This document shows positions 1-13,800 of a stretch of DNA of 64,000 nt, one piece after another (positions within the stretch are counted from its first letter, which is position 1; each line of letters starts with the position of its first letter). This stretch comes from Cetorhinus maximus. Its lineage: Eukaryota. The stretch is from the NCBI RefSeq assembly GCF_964194155.1, contig NC_135889.1, positions 110,360,001 to 110,424,000 of the forward strand, read 5' to 3'. The position numbers were made by a program, and so were the translations under genes. Under the pieces are notes generated by a model. The model saw only the letters and a list, made by a program, of their open reading frames with translations. It ran no database searches and was not told where the DNA came from.

Positions 1-989
1 AGGCAGCAGCTCACTACTTTCTCAGGGCAGGTAGGCATATTCAATAAAGGCCATCCTTGCCATGAAGCCCACATCCCAGGAACATCTTTTTTAACTCGGA
101 AGGTGTTAGTGGATACTAAGCAAGAGTTAAAGGAATGATGCAAGGCAAAGAGATGGATTTTGAAGAGCCTTTGAAAATGCAAAGAAGTGGCATGGAAGAT
201 GAGCGTTAAACATCCACAATGGACCATCACGACTGAATGGTGTAACATGTGCATGTGGTTACATGCACAGCCAACCCCTTCACAAAGTTTTGGGAAATAC
301 CATATTCCCCAGTACAATTACAAAAGTTAATCAGCACATATTTCCCTCCCTGTGCTAAAGCTTACAGCCAACTTTACAAAATGACCTACGGTATATCTGA
401 ATTCTAGCTTTTAAAAAATGCGAGACGTTACAGTTTATTCTCCTTGTCAAAAGATATACCGAATTTTCTGATTTATAGCTATCAGATAGAAAAAAAATGC
501 ATGCAAGATGATAAAGCACCATAGTATAAATATCAAATATAGAAGAAAAAGAATGAATTATGATCCAAAAAACAGTGCCTTGAGTAACTAGAAGGCCAAC
601 TGAACAACAACAATATGGCAGCACAGACCATATTTGCGTAAACCGACTTATGAACAATTTGATCACAATTGGAACCAGCCTATGTTAAATTTCCTTATGG
701 TAATGTCTGCAGCTCATTCTTTTCATGCTGACCAGCATCTGACCAACTAGTAGTATTAAGTTTATGTTTCACGATATGATCAATGAAGCTGTAGATACTT
801 AGTCATGATGGTAAGGAATGTTAGCACATCCCTTTAAATTAGTGTTGGTAACAGTGGAATTAGGTAAAGTGGAAGACAGATATAGAGCAACTTCTCTCTA
901 CATTTCCCAAAAATTCACCACTACCTAAAATACCACTGTACCAATAACACTTGCCATTCTCTGGGCACTCAGTCAGACTATCAATTAGG

Positions 990-1600
990 TTCAAAGGAAC
1001 AGGAGTAAGTTATTTGGGCACTCCACCCTCTTCCACCATATAAGGTCATGGCTGATCTGTACCTCAACTCCATTTACCTTTGATTTATATTCCTCTATAT
1101 CCACACCCAACGAGAATCTATTGATGTCAGTATTGAAAATTTCAATTGATGTAGCACCCACAGCCTTTTGGCAAGAGTTCCAGATTTCCATTACCTTTTC
1201 TGGAAGTCAATTGAGACAAATACATAAAATTCCACCATTCCTGTTCAGGAGTTCAAAAATTTAATCTAGATTAATCAAAAATGTCCTGTCCTTCACAAAT
1301 CCATGCTGACCCTCTGAACAGCTCATATTTGTCAAGTGTTCAGCACTCTGTCCCCAATTATAGGTATCAGTAACTTCCCAACAACGTATGTTAAACACAC
1401 AGGTCTGTAGTCTTCTGGTTTCTCCCTTCTTAAATAATGGACTGATAATCAAGTTTCCAAACCCATTGCACAATTCCTGAATCGAGGGCAGGTTTGTAAA
1501 TTATGACCAACACATTTGCAATTTCCTCAGTCATCTTTTAATATCCAAGGGTGAAAAATAGACTCTGGAGATTTTTCTATACCAAGTCCATTTATTCTCA
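990..1600 (-). mobile_element. Decayed CR1-clade LINE fragments (3' tail plus RT piece)
   Basis: The minus-strand translation contains QHGFVKDRTFLINL (CR1 RT 'QHGF..GRSCLTNL' motif). A CR1 3' tail at ~990-1060 matches other copies in the window. Confidence 0.7.
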
Positions 1601-3307
1601 GCATACCATTTTTCTTATATATACTAACCAACCTGCTTTTCTTTGTCCTCCTTGAATCTCATTCTGTTGAAATGAAAGTTCACATCTCCTTCAGAGAACC
1701 TTAAAATTGAGAATCTATTTACCTCATTGGATTCCCCTTCTCCAACAAAGTTCACGCTTCTAAAACCCAGCCTTGATAGTCTCTAATCATTTCTTCCCCA
1801 TTTACTTAGCATTCTCTTTTTACACTTCCACCTTTGATGGCACTGTGGACCTTGGCTCTTTGCTCTTTTACTATTTTTTTCTGAATTAAGAACAAATATT
1901 TCCCAGAAATGGAATTGGCTTAGTTCAATACATAGAACCCTTATGAGCCTGCAGAGGGCAAACACATTTGAAGAGAGATCAGAGAGGCAAAAGGACCAGA
2001 TTACATACCTGAACATCTCGAAAAGTAAAAATAAATTTACACACATTCCTGATTTGCAACAGAACGTGCAATTGTTGCTAAATTGGCACACGACTGGCAT
2101 TTAATTCCAAGCCATTTAAGCACTCATGCACACCCATAAGACCTCAAACACTTCTTGATTTGCATTCCTTCCCATCACAAATAACAAGCTGAAAACATTG
2201 TAATCTCAGATTCTCCACTGGTACAGAGGAAATGTGAAGTCTCATCAATGTTCACAGATTTTGAATGCAGACATTTAAAAACTTGAATTTCTGTTTAACG
2301 GTAAATTGTATTATCTTCCTCAATTTTGGGCTCTGCCCCATAAATTAAATAGCAACATAAACATTCGTGCTAAAGTACTTGTGGAGAACACTGAAAATAA
2401 ATGTGTAGACATTTGATTAATTATTACACAACAATTGTCCCTTTTCAAAGAACATCTAACACACTGCAAAATGTCAGTTTGCTAGTAATACAGCTCCTGA
2501 ATCAACCCGAATGGAAAAGCTGAAAATGTTACATTTTAACTGTTTAAAAAAGAACTTGCACACTCTTGAATGGCATTCCACCCTCATGAGACCCTTTTCT
2601 TATGCAAGCGGGCATCAAAAGGCACATACCTAGTGTAGGGGAGCACCTCTCATTTTTCTGTCCCATGGTTAAAGTACCGTACTGGAATGAGTGCAGAAAC
2701 CTTTCGGGGTAGAACAAAATCATAATTGGAACAAACATGCCAGAGGTGTCATCCCTAGCATTTTAGAGATTTAAGATAAATATTACAGCTACTTCACTGT
2801 TCAAATCATATCAACTGATATAATTCAAAAGGAGACATGTCATCTTATTTTTACCATTCAATAGCCTGGTCTGCTCATAGAAGGAAGTTTAGGGATGTCA
2901 TTTTATGCTAAATATACTAATTAAACGTAAATCAGAAATCTGCTTGAAATTTCACTGGAAAATTAAATAACTGACATTACTATTCGCCTCTGGTAAATTA
3001 AAGGGCGGAAGAAGTCACAAAATCAATCAGCTTCTCATTTAAATAAAAATATTTATCCCACAGGTACAGTAAGAAAAATTATGAACAGTGTTCAGGTTAT
3101 AAAGTAGTCATGCACCATCCCCAATGCCCATGTTATAGCAGTAACATTGCATGCAAATAATGATTGTAACTATAACGGTAAATTGTTTCTCTAGCCAAGT
3201 GACCAAGAGAACGCAATATGGAGACCGTGCAAGGCAACATTTTGCCATAGCAGTTTTCTACAAACAAATCATTTTCTATTTGACTGGGGTTGGCGAGTGG
3301 CATGTTC

Positions 3308-3989
3308 CAACTGATGCAATGACATACTTAGCCTCTTTGACATCCAGCGTCAACAAAAAGCACTTTTCCACAGAAAAGTGGAAGGTTGATTCGTCGTAAA
3401 ATGTCTTCTACATCTCCAGAACAATATATCTCAATACTACTATATAAAGCCCCAGGCAAGAATTTCATCAATCTGGCATTTTCAACAGCAGCCACCTTTG
3501 TGTTGCATCCAGCGCAATTGATATTTTAGTTCCAATTTGTGTTGTGGTCTCATAGCCATCAGGAAATGGAATAAAGCTTTTCAAATGTATTTTATTTAGG
3601 AGCCTTACAGATGTCAGATTTCCATCTCATTTGTCTTGGTTGGATTCACAACTGATGCAATGACATACTCAGCCTCTTTGACATCCAGCATCAACAAAAA
3701 GCACTTTTCCACAGAAAAGTGAAAGGCTGATTTGTCGTAAAATGTCTTCTACATCTCCAGAACAATATATTTCAACACTACTATATAAAGCCCCAGGCAA
3801 GAATTTCATCAATCTGGCATTTTCAACAGCAGCCACCTTTGTGTTGCATCCAGCGCAATTGATATTTTAGTTCCAATTTGTGTTGTGGTCTCATAGCCAT
3901 CAGGAAATGGAATAAAGCTTTTCAAATGTATTTTATTTAGGAGCCATACAGATGTCAGATTTCCATCTCATTTGTCTTGGCTGGATTCA
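3308..3989. repeat. Direct tandem duplication, 2 x 341 bp
   Basis: Both copies start CAACTGATGCAATGACATAC (3308 and 3649) and end GGATTCA (3648 and 3989). About 9 substitutions counted by eye. Confidence 0.95.
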
Positions 3990-6339
3990 AACCCACATTC
4001 CAAGAACGAAGAGCATTCTAACCCACAGACGGACACAAACTTTTAAAAGATTATCATAGTCTGCAGTTACAAAAAAGCACCCATAAATCAAATGAGAAAA
4101 TATTTCAAAAGCAGCACAAAACTCTGAGCAGGCAAGTTCAAAGAAATCATCCTTTCAACTTAAATTCGTAGTTTTGCAAGAGTTGGATTTATCTAGACTC
4201 TGAAATATAGATCAAAATGGCTGCTTTAATAAATTTAAGAATTCTGTCACTTTAAGCATTAGTTTAAAAATAAGTTTTCATGAACATTTTTCCTCTGCCC
4301 CCTTTATTGAAAAATTGCATATTTTAACATCAAATAGAAAGATAAACACAACATAGTTGTCTGTCTCCATTTAGACACAGTTTAACAGTAGCTACTACTT
4401 TTTGTTTATGGTCACATTCTCTCTGGTTTCCATTTCCTGCTTTTTCTTCCCAAAACTCATATTCCTCTAAATTAGTAGGGGCAGTATAGATTATCCAATA
4501 AGGAATGGAACATTTAATTTAGATACTATTTGCAATTAGTTTAACACAAGTGGTTGCTTTGGGAAATTATAATGAATTGAATCCTGGGATTACTATTCAA
4601 ATGTATTGAGAAGCATAAATTTTCTGTATTTGCACGGTAGATAGGAACTAAATTCACTACAAAGTCAAGCCATTTCAAGTCTAGGTACCCTTTAACAATA
4701 TAACTGTCAACTACTTCCAGTCAACTTCTTTGACACTGAAAATTAATTATTACAAATGTAGAGTCTCATTCCTTCAAGTTTTAAAAGTTGGAGATTTAAC
4801 AGAACTAAAGTTTATTAAAATGTTTTAACTTTGTCTTTCTTCTCTCTTAATCCAACATTTCAATCTCTACTTCTTATTCAGAACCTTATTTGACATATAA
4901 TTCAATCACTTACTTACAATCCCTTCAGTCCTTGGACTGTCCTTTAATCTGATAATAGTTGGTTGCTCTGTTCACTCTACTCAAAGATACCCCATTTCCA
5001 TCTCACACTTCCAGAAACTTGGACTGCAATATCAGAGATTACACAGGAAAGGGAAGGTCTAACAGCAGGTGCCATACATTGACTGACTACAATAAATTCT
5101 GGGCCGGCTGTTGGCGTATTGACTGCTTAAATCTTTGCTTAGACAACAAAAACAAAGCTGAAGTCAGACATTAAGAAAAATGTTTTCAATTTCCTCTAAT
5201 TTTTCTGGTACATTTCAAAAGAGTGATTTTCCCTCTAAGATCTATGATATGCATGTGTAATCTTGAGGCGTTTTAATGCTGGTAGAGCACATAGCAATTT
5301 CCATTACAAAAAGTTAGAAATTTTCTTTAAAAAAAGGGTCCTATTACTTGCCAACAGTTCTATTTAACTGCAAATGCACAGATGTTGATTTGATACAGCA
5401 AGAACAGGGATGAATGGGGGTAGGCAAGGGAATCATAGAACTGCTCTCCTGGGTCTCTTTTTTTAAAAAAAAGTGCACAATGAGCACACTCGTGAGACAA
5501 TTTACTTTTATTAGGACAGAGAATACACTGCACACAAATGGGCTGTTGCACCCGAAAGGGAGTGCTAAAGGCACCAACAATACTGTAGATTCAAGCAGAG
5601 TGTTTCTAATTCCAGAACTTCCAAACTACTTATCCACATTCTAAGGTCTACATCCACCTGAGTAGAGGTGGTCATCACAACCCTCAGACACAATTCTAAA
5701 ACACCAATCCTGGTCACCTCCCACGGTTAAGTGATCCTTGCCCAGGACCACTGAAGCTCTATAGGTAAAGTTAGATGCACAGACTGCTCACCAATAAAGG
5801 CTTCCATTCTCTATTCCCACCCCACAACAGAAATAGCAAATACAAAGTATATAACTGATCATGCCAAACCACAGGTTATTCTTGCTCCAAAAAAATACCA
5901 CAATGCCCAATTTTTTTAAAAAGCATAATATAGTACAAAATAACCATTAAATTATATAAGATAATTACTTGTACTCAGCGAACTTAGTCACACTAGTGAT
6001 TGCAAATTGTTTGACCCACTACAAAAAAACTTTATTTTGCACTTTACAACTACCTAGCATATCTTTGATGTAGCACAACTGAGGGACGCACTTGACATCA
6101 TAAACTACAAGAATGACAGCCCATGAATGCCATTTGAATTTCTGACAATTAGGCTTTCAGTCCAGTCCTGCATGAAGAATTTTAAATTCTGGAAAATGTT
6201 TATGATTAATTAAACTGGGAAATGCTGCAGACATTCTGACATACCATAAAAGGTTGAAGTTATTTTGAAGAAATCAAAAATTAAGTGTCTTAAGCAAATC
6301 CATAATAAAGCAGGGTGGAATGTCATGAAGCCTCTATTT

Positions 6340-7735
6340 CTCAGCTATATGATGCACCTTGGCAAAATCATCCAAAAACATCAGGTTCCTCATGTATTCC
6401 GAGGACACCACGTCTCTTGACCCCAATCAATGTCACCCATTTAGTTGCCTCTGTCACATAACCCACCCCACCTTGCCCATCAACCAACTTCCCAAAATGT
6501 TCCTCCTGCTCTGGTTCCAAAAAGCACACTTTTCTCCAGTGAGCCTCCCATGTTCAGTCATACGCTTCCCAAACCCAAATTATGAGAAACACTTGATGCT
6601 CCTGACCTCATTCCCATTAAACTGTTGATCATTCAACTTTGCTTCCTGGATTTCCTGCTATCTGGCATAATAATAAATGGTTGCCTCTCCTCAGGTACTG
6701 TTCCCTTCCCTTTCAAACCCTCTCCACTCTCAAAAAACATCCTTGATTCCTGTGTCCTTGCAAACTGCAGCCACATCTCCAACCTCGCTTTCCTCTCCAA
6801 AGTTCTTCAATGAGCTGTCAATTCCCAAATCTATGCCCATCTTTTCCTTAACTCCATGTCTGAATCTCGCCAAATAATTTTCCAATCCTGCCATGTTCTA
6901 AAATGCTCAACGTCCACCCTCGAATGAGCTGCAATTTCCTCCAGTTAGGTATTGGAAAAACCAAAGACATTCTCTTAGGTCCCAGCCACAAACATCAAGC
7001 TCTTACCACTGATTTTGTCTTGCTCCCCAGGCCTTGCCTTACATTAAAACTAGCTGTTCATAACTTCAGCATCCTATCTGACCCCGCATCCTCTTTGTCA
7101 CAAAGACTGCTTACTTTCATTTCCATAACATTTCCCTTCTCCGGCTGCCTCCACCCATCTGTTGCTGAAACAGACATCCATGCTTAATTCACCTCAAGAC
7201 TCAAATTTCTCTTGGTCAGATTCCCAATCTTAACACTCCAAAACTCTGCTGTTTGTAACATAATGTACACCAAGGATCACTCATCCATCACCACAGTCTT
7301 CTCTGACATACACAGGAGGAACTGTGGGACCTGAAGCCAATTTCAATTCTCAACTGCATGTTCAAGTCTCTTCTTAATCTCAGCCATCTCTATCCCTAAC
7401 ATTCTCCAGCTTTACAGCCCTCCGAGAACTCTGCACTTTTCCCAATTCCAGCTTCTCATGCATCACCAATTCCCTTTGCCCAACCAATGGGACTTCAGCC
7501 TTCTAAACTCCAAGCTCTGGAATTCCTTTGTGGAATTCCTCTCTGCCTCGGCTTGTCTCATCTCTTTTAAGGCCTTCCTTAAAATCTACCTCTGACTGAG
7601 CTTTTAGTCACCCCACCTGGTAGCACATACTTTGGCTTGTTGCCACTATGTGTCAGTTTACACTTCTGTGAGTGCCTCAACAAATTTTGCTACATTAAAG
7701 GCACTACACAAATGCAAGCTGCTGTTGTGTTGTTA
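6340..7735 (+). mobile_element. Decayed L2-clade LINE 3' portion
   Basis: Frameshifted RT C-terminal remnants (ANCSHISNLAFLSKVLQ; MSCNFLQLGIGKTKDIL). Ends in an L2-type tail AAAGGCACTACACAAATGCAAGCTGCTGTTG. Confidence 0.7.
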
Positions 7736-9189
7736 TATTATATCAAAGGACTCCCTAACAAGTTCAGATCAGGTTTTGGAGAAGCACAGAGTTCTACCAA
7801 AGAAATGCGAATGCATCCTTAGTCTCTGGATGATCTCACTGAGCTCAGAATCTCTCAAAACAATTCTTTGTCTGCTGCTCTTATCATGCCACATGCAATC
7901 CTGATTAAATTTACTGGATTGAGAATTCACCTTCCAATCTGCATGGAGAGAGCTGAGACACTAAATTTATTAGGAAAAATCAAGGGCAGGGCAAGAAATG
8001 GAAATAGAGCCAGAAGCTAAAGGAAGCGCTCATCAAAAAAAGTAAAGCCAAATGTTGAGACTGGTAAAAGCAAACTAAATAATGAAACACAATTTTAAAA
8101 AGATAACAGGAGTTAAGATGAAAACCACCCAAGTAAAAACATAAGCCAAAGCAAGTTTCTTAAATTTAGTCACCCTTTTTTGGTCTTCACTTCAACCCTA
8201 TAATCATGCATAATTATGCTCAAAATAAACGACACAACCCTTCTAGTTTGCACTGGATGGGATATGAATGAAGAAGAGCCTTTTAAACATGCAGACAGAA
8301 CCACAAACTCCATTTTAAAAAAATATCCACTACAGCAAAGCCCAAATTTACAATCAAGAAACTCAGAACATCAGAGCAGAAATGCTGGCAATTTGGCTCA
8401 TCTTTTCTGTACTTTTTTTCTTCATATCCTTTAAGCCACTGTTCACATTAATTCCTTTAATATTCATTTTTTTCAAACAACTATTTAATTCCCCTTTGAA
8501 AGTACTTCAACAACAACTTGTGGCAGAGTACTCCACATTCTAACTACCCACTGTGTAAAGATTTTTTTCTAATCTCCCCTTTTATTCTTTTATGATGTTA
8601 AATTTGGGCACTCTGATTACCGTCTCAATGGAAGCAAACCACTATTTATCCCATCATAATCTTGAAGACATCTAGGCGTCCTACCTCAACATTCTTGGCT
8701 ACAATGCTTGCTAGGCCACATCAGAAAACAGCCAGCGGGAGTCAGTTATTTAGTGAGGGACTGGAGTCACATGTAGGCCAGGTTGGATAAAAATGGCAAG
8801 TTCCCTTCCTTAAAGAATATCAGTGAAACAGTTGGGTTCTTAAAATAATCTAGCAGTTTTCATGGTCACTTTTTCTTTTAATAGCAGCCCATAAATTGCC
8901 TTTTCATTGAATTCAATTTTGCAACTCGTCATGGATAGAATTGAGCTACAACATTACATGATATTTTTCTATCCCTCAATATCCTAGTGAATCTATGCTA
9001 CACCTTTTCCACTGCTTGTATTTCTTTCCTACAACGTTGGGCCTAAACGGTTTTGACAGAAAGAAAATTCATCTGTCTAAATAGTTCCTTTTACATCCTT
9101 AGGAAATCTGAAAACTCTTCACAGACACTTATGTAGGCAATACTCCAAGTACAACTTAAATAAGACCTTATGCAAGTTTAACATTAAGA

Positions 9190-9960
9190 ATTTATATAGA
9201 ATCTTAGGGCACCACAAAGCACTTTACAGCCAATGTATTTCTTTTGATGTTTAGTCGCTGTTATAATGCAGGGAAACGTGAAACAATTTGCAGATAGCAA
9301 GGTCCCAAAAACATCTCTTGAAGTGATGTCAGCCAGCGTACCAGTAACACCTCCAGCTCTTCTTCAAATAATGCCATAGGATCTCCAACATCCATTTAAA
9401 ACTTAATGCCTAGCTGCCCTATTTATGTGAAAAACAGCATAACAAGGGTTATCAAACAAAATATAACACCAAACCATGCAAGGAACTTTAGGTCAAATGA
9501 CCAAATGTTTGATCAAAGAGCTAGGTTTTAAGGATGAAAGTGAGGTAGAGAGATGGAGAGGTTTAAGGGGGAGAAACTTCAGCGTTTAGTACCTTGACAG
9601 CTGAAAGCAAGGCCATCAGTGGTGAAGTGATTAAAACTGGGGATGTTCAAGAAGCCAGAATTGAAGAAGTGCAGGGCTCTCAGAGGGATGTAGGGTCAGA
9701 GGCAGTTACAGAGATAGGAAGGGATGAATCCATGGGGGTAGGGTGTTGAAAACAACAATGAGAATTTTAAAATTAAACATGCTTAATTGGGAGCCAATGT
9801 AGGTCAGTGAACACAGAGGTGAGAAGAACTTGGTTCGAGTTAGGACATGAGCAGCGGAGTTTTGAATAACCTCAAGTTTACAAAGGGTAGAAAGTGGGAG
9901 TGAAGTTCGGACATAACAAAGGCAGGTGCAGCTTACTACACTGGCAATGAGAAAGGTGGC
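9190..9960 (-). mobile_element. Deu-domain SINE remnant (9190-9400) abutting an L2 3' fragment (9440-9960)
   Basis: The reverse complement has a Deu-like GATCCTATGGCATTATTTGAAGAAGAGC and the L2 peptide LEVIQNSAAHVLTRTK. Confidence 0.6.
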
Positions 9961-10604
9961 ATCATGATGGTTTCTCATGGTCCCCTCACATTACACATGT
10001 AAAGCATTTTTATCAAATTATACTAGTGTGCTTGTGTGGCAAGTATGTTTTTTTAGAAAAATTTTCATACCTCCTAAAGACAAAGTTAACTCTATATGCA
10101 ATTGCACAGTAAATCTGAGCTTCTGATCCAAATATATGGCTGGCAAAGTGTCAAAAATTTCTGTATCCTGTCACTAGATTTACAAAAAGGACTATTTATC
10201 ACAATTACACAAAATAGAGCGATCAGAGAGCACAAGTGAAATTTCTGAAGTAATCCATTATTCTTTAAGATCCACCATTCCTCACTGATTGATCATACCC
10301 GAATGAACAAACTTCGCCATTACTAAGGCTGCCTTCAAATAGTTTGGTTTCCTCTATCATTTCCCCTCCATGCTCATCTAAGACTATACAAGAACTGAAT
10401 ATTCTTTCATAGCCGACGACACTGTTCTAGCAGTGTCTCCTTACTGCAACTCCTTTCTACCCAGGTACCAACATATTTCGAAGGTGGCAGCAAAAAGATT
10501 CTACACCACTGATTAAAGAACTCTCCCCAGTTCGATCATGCACTTTCACACTTTCCTAGAGGAAGTTCTTGTCTGCTTTAGCTGGGTCAGGGAAGGGGAC
10601 GTCC

Positions 10605-10806
10605 TTTACTTCACCTACATCGCCATTCCTTCACTGTCACTGGGTCAAAATCCTGGAACTCCCTTCCTAACAGCACTGTGGGTATTCCCCCAACACATGG
10701 ACTCAGCGGTTCAAGAAGGCAGCTGACCACCCCCTTCAAGGGCAATTCGGAATGGGCAATAAATGCTGGCCTGGCTGGCAACACCCACACCTCATGAAAG
10801 ATAAAA
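10605..10806 (+). mobile_element. 3' tail of CR1-like LINE family A
   Basis: Carries the tail motif ATGGGCAATAAATGCTGGCC, which recurs in many copies across the window. Confidence 0.8.
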
Positions 10807-13800
10807 AAGCTAATTGCAACTCCTGCAATTTTGTTAGGGAGACTCACAGTCTGGATCATTCTTTCTTCTCCACAAAGGACAGTGTGGTCAGCTCACATCA
10901 ATTCAATTTAGCGATATAAAATGCAATTACACTTCACGGACAGAGTGAACGACATTTGCAGCTTATGATTAAATATAAAAAATGTGGCCAGTGGATCTAA
11001 CATACCACATCTGGATAGCCCCAAACCTGATGCTCAGCAAGCAGTAGAAAGCAATAACAAAAGGACTGTGTGCTAACCTACTGGAAGTAAATACATTGAA
11101 ACAAGCCAAACTTCTAGTTTTCCTAATCTCCTGCAACTTCCAGCTACCTTGATCTCAGATAAACTCTGAACATTATTGTACAATAGACATCCCTCCTTAA
11201 GGAAAAAAATGATATAGGGTAGCTGCAATGCTGTTTAATGCATTAAAAAGGCATAGCACTCACCTCTTCATTTGTTGTTTTCAATGCCTGAGGCTATGGT
11301 TACCACTGCAAAGGTCAATCTAAACAACAGCTCCTAAAAATAAAGCTACCTGACAACAAATGTGCTAATTCTGCCCTATATACCACAGCACTGCATTCTG
11401 GCTCGCTTTTTTGCAATGCATACATACCCTAATTTAAGAAGCAAAGAATATAATTTATAACAAATTAAATACAGATTATTGTGGCTTGAAATGAATATAA
11501 TCTGTGGTGCAAAAATAATGCAAGCCAATATATTTTTCCTGTTAGAAAGGAAGGAGGTCGCTTCACTTGGCTGAACTGTGAATACTTGACTTTTAACTTG
11601 ACTTTTGAAGATCCAGACCACTAAGAGGTATTCTTCGGAAGTCCAAAATGCCAATAATTCACAGCAAGATTCAGGCTCTCCTTCTCCCATTGATGACAGG
11701 AAGGATTAATTAAAAAATGGCTTTTGCAAGAAAGACATTTTGAAGTCCACAAAATCTGATAGCAGTTTTCAAATCAGAAGCATTCATTTTTCTCCACACA
11801 ATGATAAAATAACAAAAAAGCAGGGTGGGGGCAAATCATTTTGATGCTGTGCAGCACAATTTTAAGCAGAATAAAGGATCAATTGGGATTTGAATGAGAT
11901 AAAAGTGAACAAAAATTCTTCACCCCAGCCCTCTAGAAATCTTCTCAGTCCCTTCCGACATCTCATTTAATCACTATCTAACATTGAAAACACAAGATTA
12001 CAAATTTTACCAACCTGTGTAAGTCACTGGATTCCAGCACGTTTTTCACGTCTGTAGCAGGCACTACATGGCACGTCTGATTTAGCCATAAGAAGGTTGG
12101 TTGGTCTGTTCTCCCACCCTGGTACATCACACTCCTCTTTAGATTCATCACTGGGTGCGAGTCACCATTATAGATAGGTTCCATTACATAAACAGTGATC
12201 AGATTGCAAGGTAGTGTAGACAAGTGCGACTACCACTGTTTACCTCACATATTAATGGTGTCCGATTTGTAAACCCAAAGCTGCTAGCTTTCTACAGGTC
12301 AGGTCGATTATATTTAATAGTGTTGCCAACAAAGGAAATGGTGCATCTGGCATCAGATGTACTTGCGCACTGCAAGAGCACCCAGAGACATATTGTTGAG
12401 ACTGGATAGTGTTTGTAATCTGACAATTGGTTGCAAAAGTGGAAAATGTTCTCTTTAGCAATGACTTCACTCAACTTTGTGACCAAAAAGAAACCTGAAA
12501 ACAAAATGTGTAGGATTTGAACATTTTAACCAAAGGAAAGCATGCCAAGGACAAGGTTCAGATTGTAGCATTCATATACCTACATGCAATGCCTACATTA
12601 CAGATTGAAGTGCTCAGGATATTAACTGGTTAACAGGTTTTTAAAAAAAAACAAATCAGCTTTCCAGGTAAAAAACAATATACCATTACACCTTACAGAA
12701 CTGGTTTGCAAGGATCATTAATATTAGTCTCGCATCAGCTACATTAAAAATTCATGATCATCTTTTGTTTGGAAAAGCTGCTGATGCTTATCTCCCATCA
12801 CTCAGCAAATAAAACCAAGCAGCCCCCACAAGAATGCCCTTGCCCAAGAATGCTAATGGCTTTAAATCAGATTTACAGCAAGACGTTTTCCAGCCTATAT
12901 CATAATACCTAACATATAAAGTATACATTTACATTAAGTTTATGACCAGTTAACATGGAGTCCCATTTCTATACCAACAGCATACAAATAGCACAAAGTA
13001 TAGCATTATATTTGACAACTGTACAATGCAGCTATGCTGTGCAGGTCCAACCAGCTCAGATGTTCTTCTCATTTCACAGAAATAGACATGTCATGACCAG
13101 CCATGTGATCATGATACATCCCTCAGCAAGTGAGGCTGGCCAAGGTAAGTCACGAGTGGCTGACAGTCAACCTCACGACTGGAGGTAATTATTCTAATCT
13201 TGTGGTCAGCCACGACATTCCACTTAAAACCGCTTCCAAGAAACCAACATGTTTATTAATGGTCTGTTTAGCTGTGGGCCATTCTGCATTACATTTAGAA
13301 TTCTAACCCTGAGTACTTAAGGAGCAGATGCTCCCGGCCTAAGATTGTCACAGCTCTCCACAATCCATGGTGTATTTCACTCAGATTAGAATGGAGCTAG
13401 AGAGCAAGTATTCAAGATCATAATGAAACTTGGCCATATTTAATGAAAAGTACTTCTGGAACTGACTCTCAGGTTTCCTTTAACCTTCAAACCATCATGG
13501 CATTTAACATTGTTAACAGGATAACCATTCTTCCTGTATGACACATTTTCCCCAACTTAATTCAGTTTCTTGCACTGTTACTCAATTATTTATAGCGCCC
13601 ATCTTCGTCAAGTCAGAGGGGAGAAAATTTGTATACCTGGTGCACAGATGACCTAGTTTTCAGTTGCCATATCTGGCTTCACCACACCACACTTTGATGT
13701 GAGTCAGTCAATTAGGAGACACAGTAAGTTGCCTTAACTCATGGTGAACTCAAGGTTAAATGTTTAACTTTTAAGGGCAGACTTCACAAACTTGCTTTGT

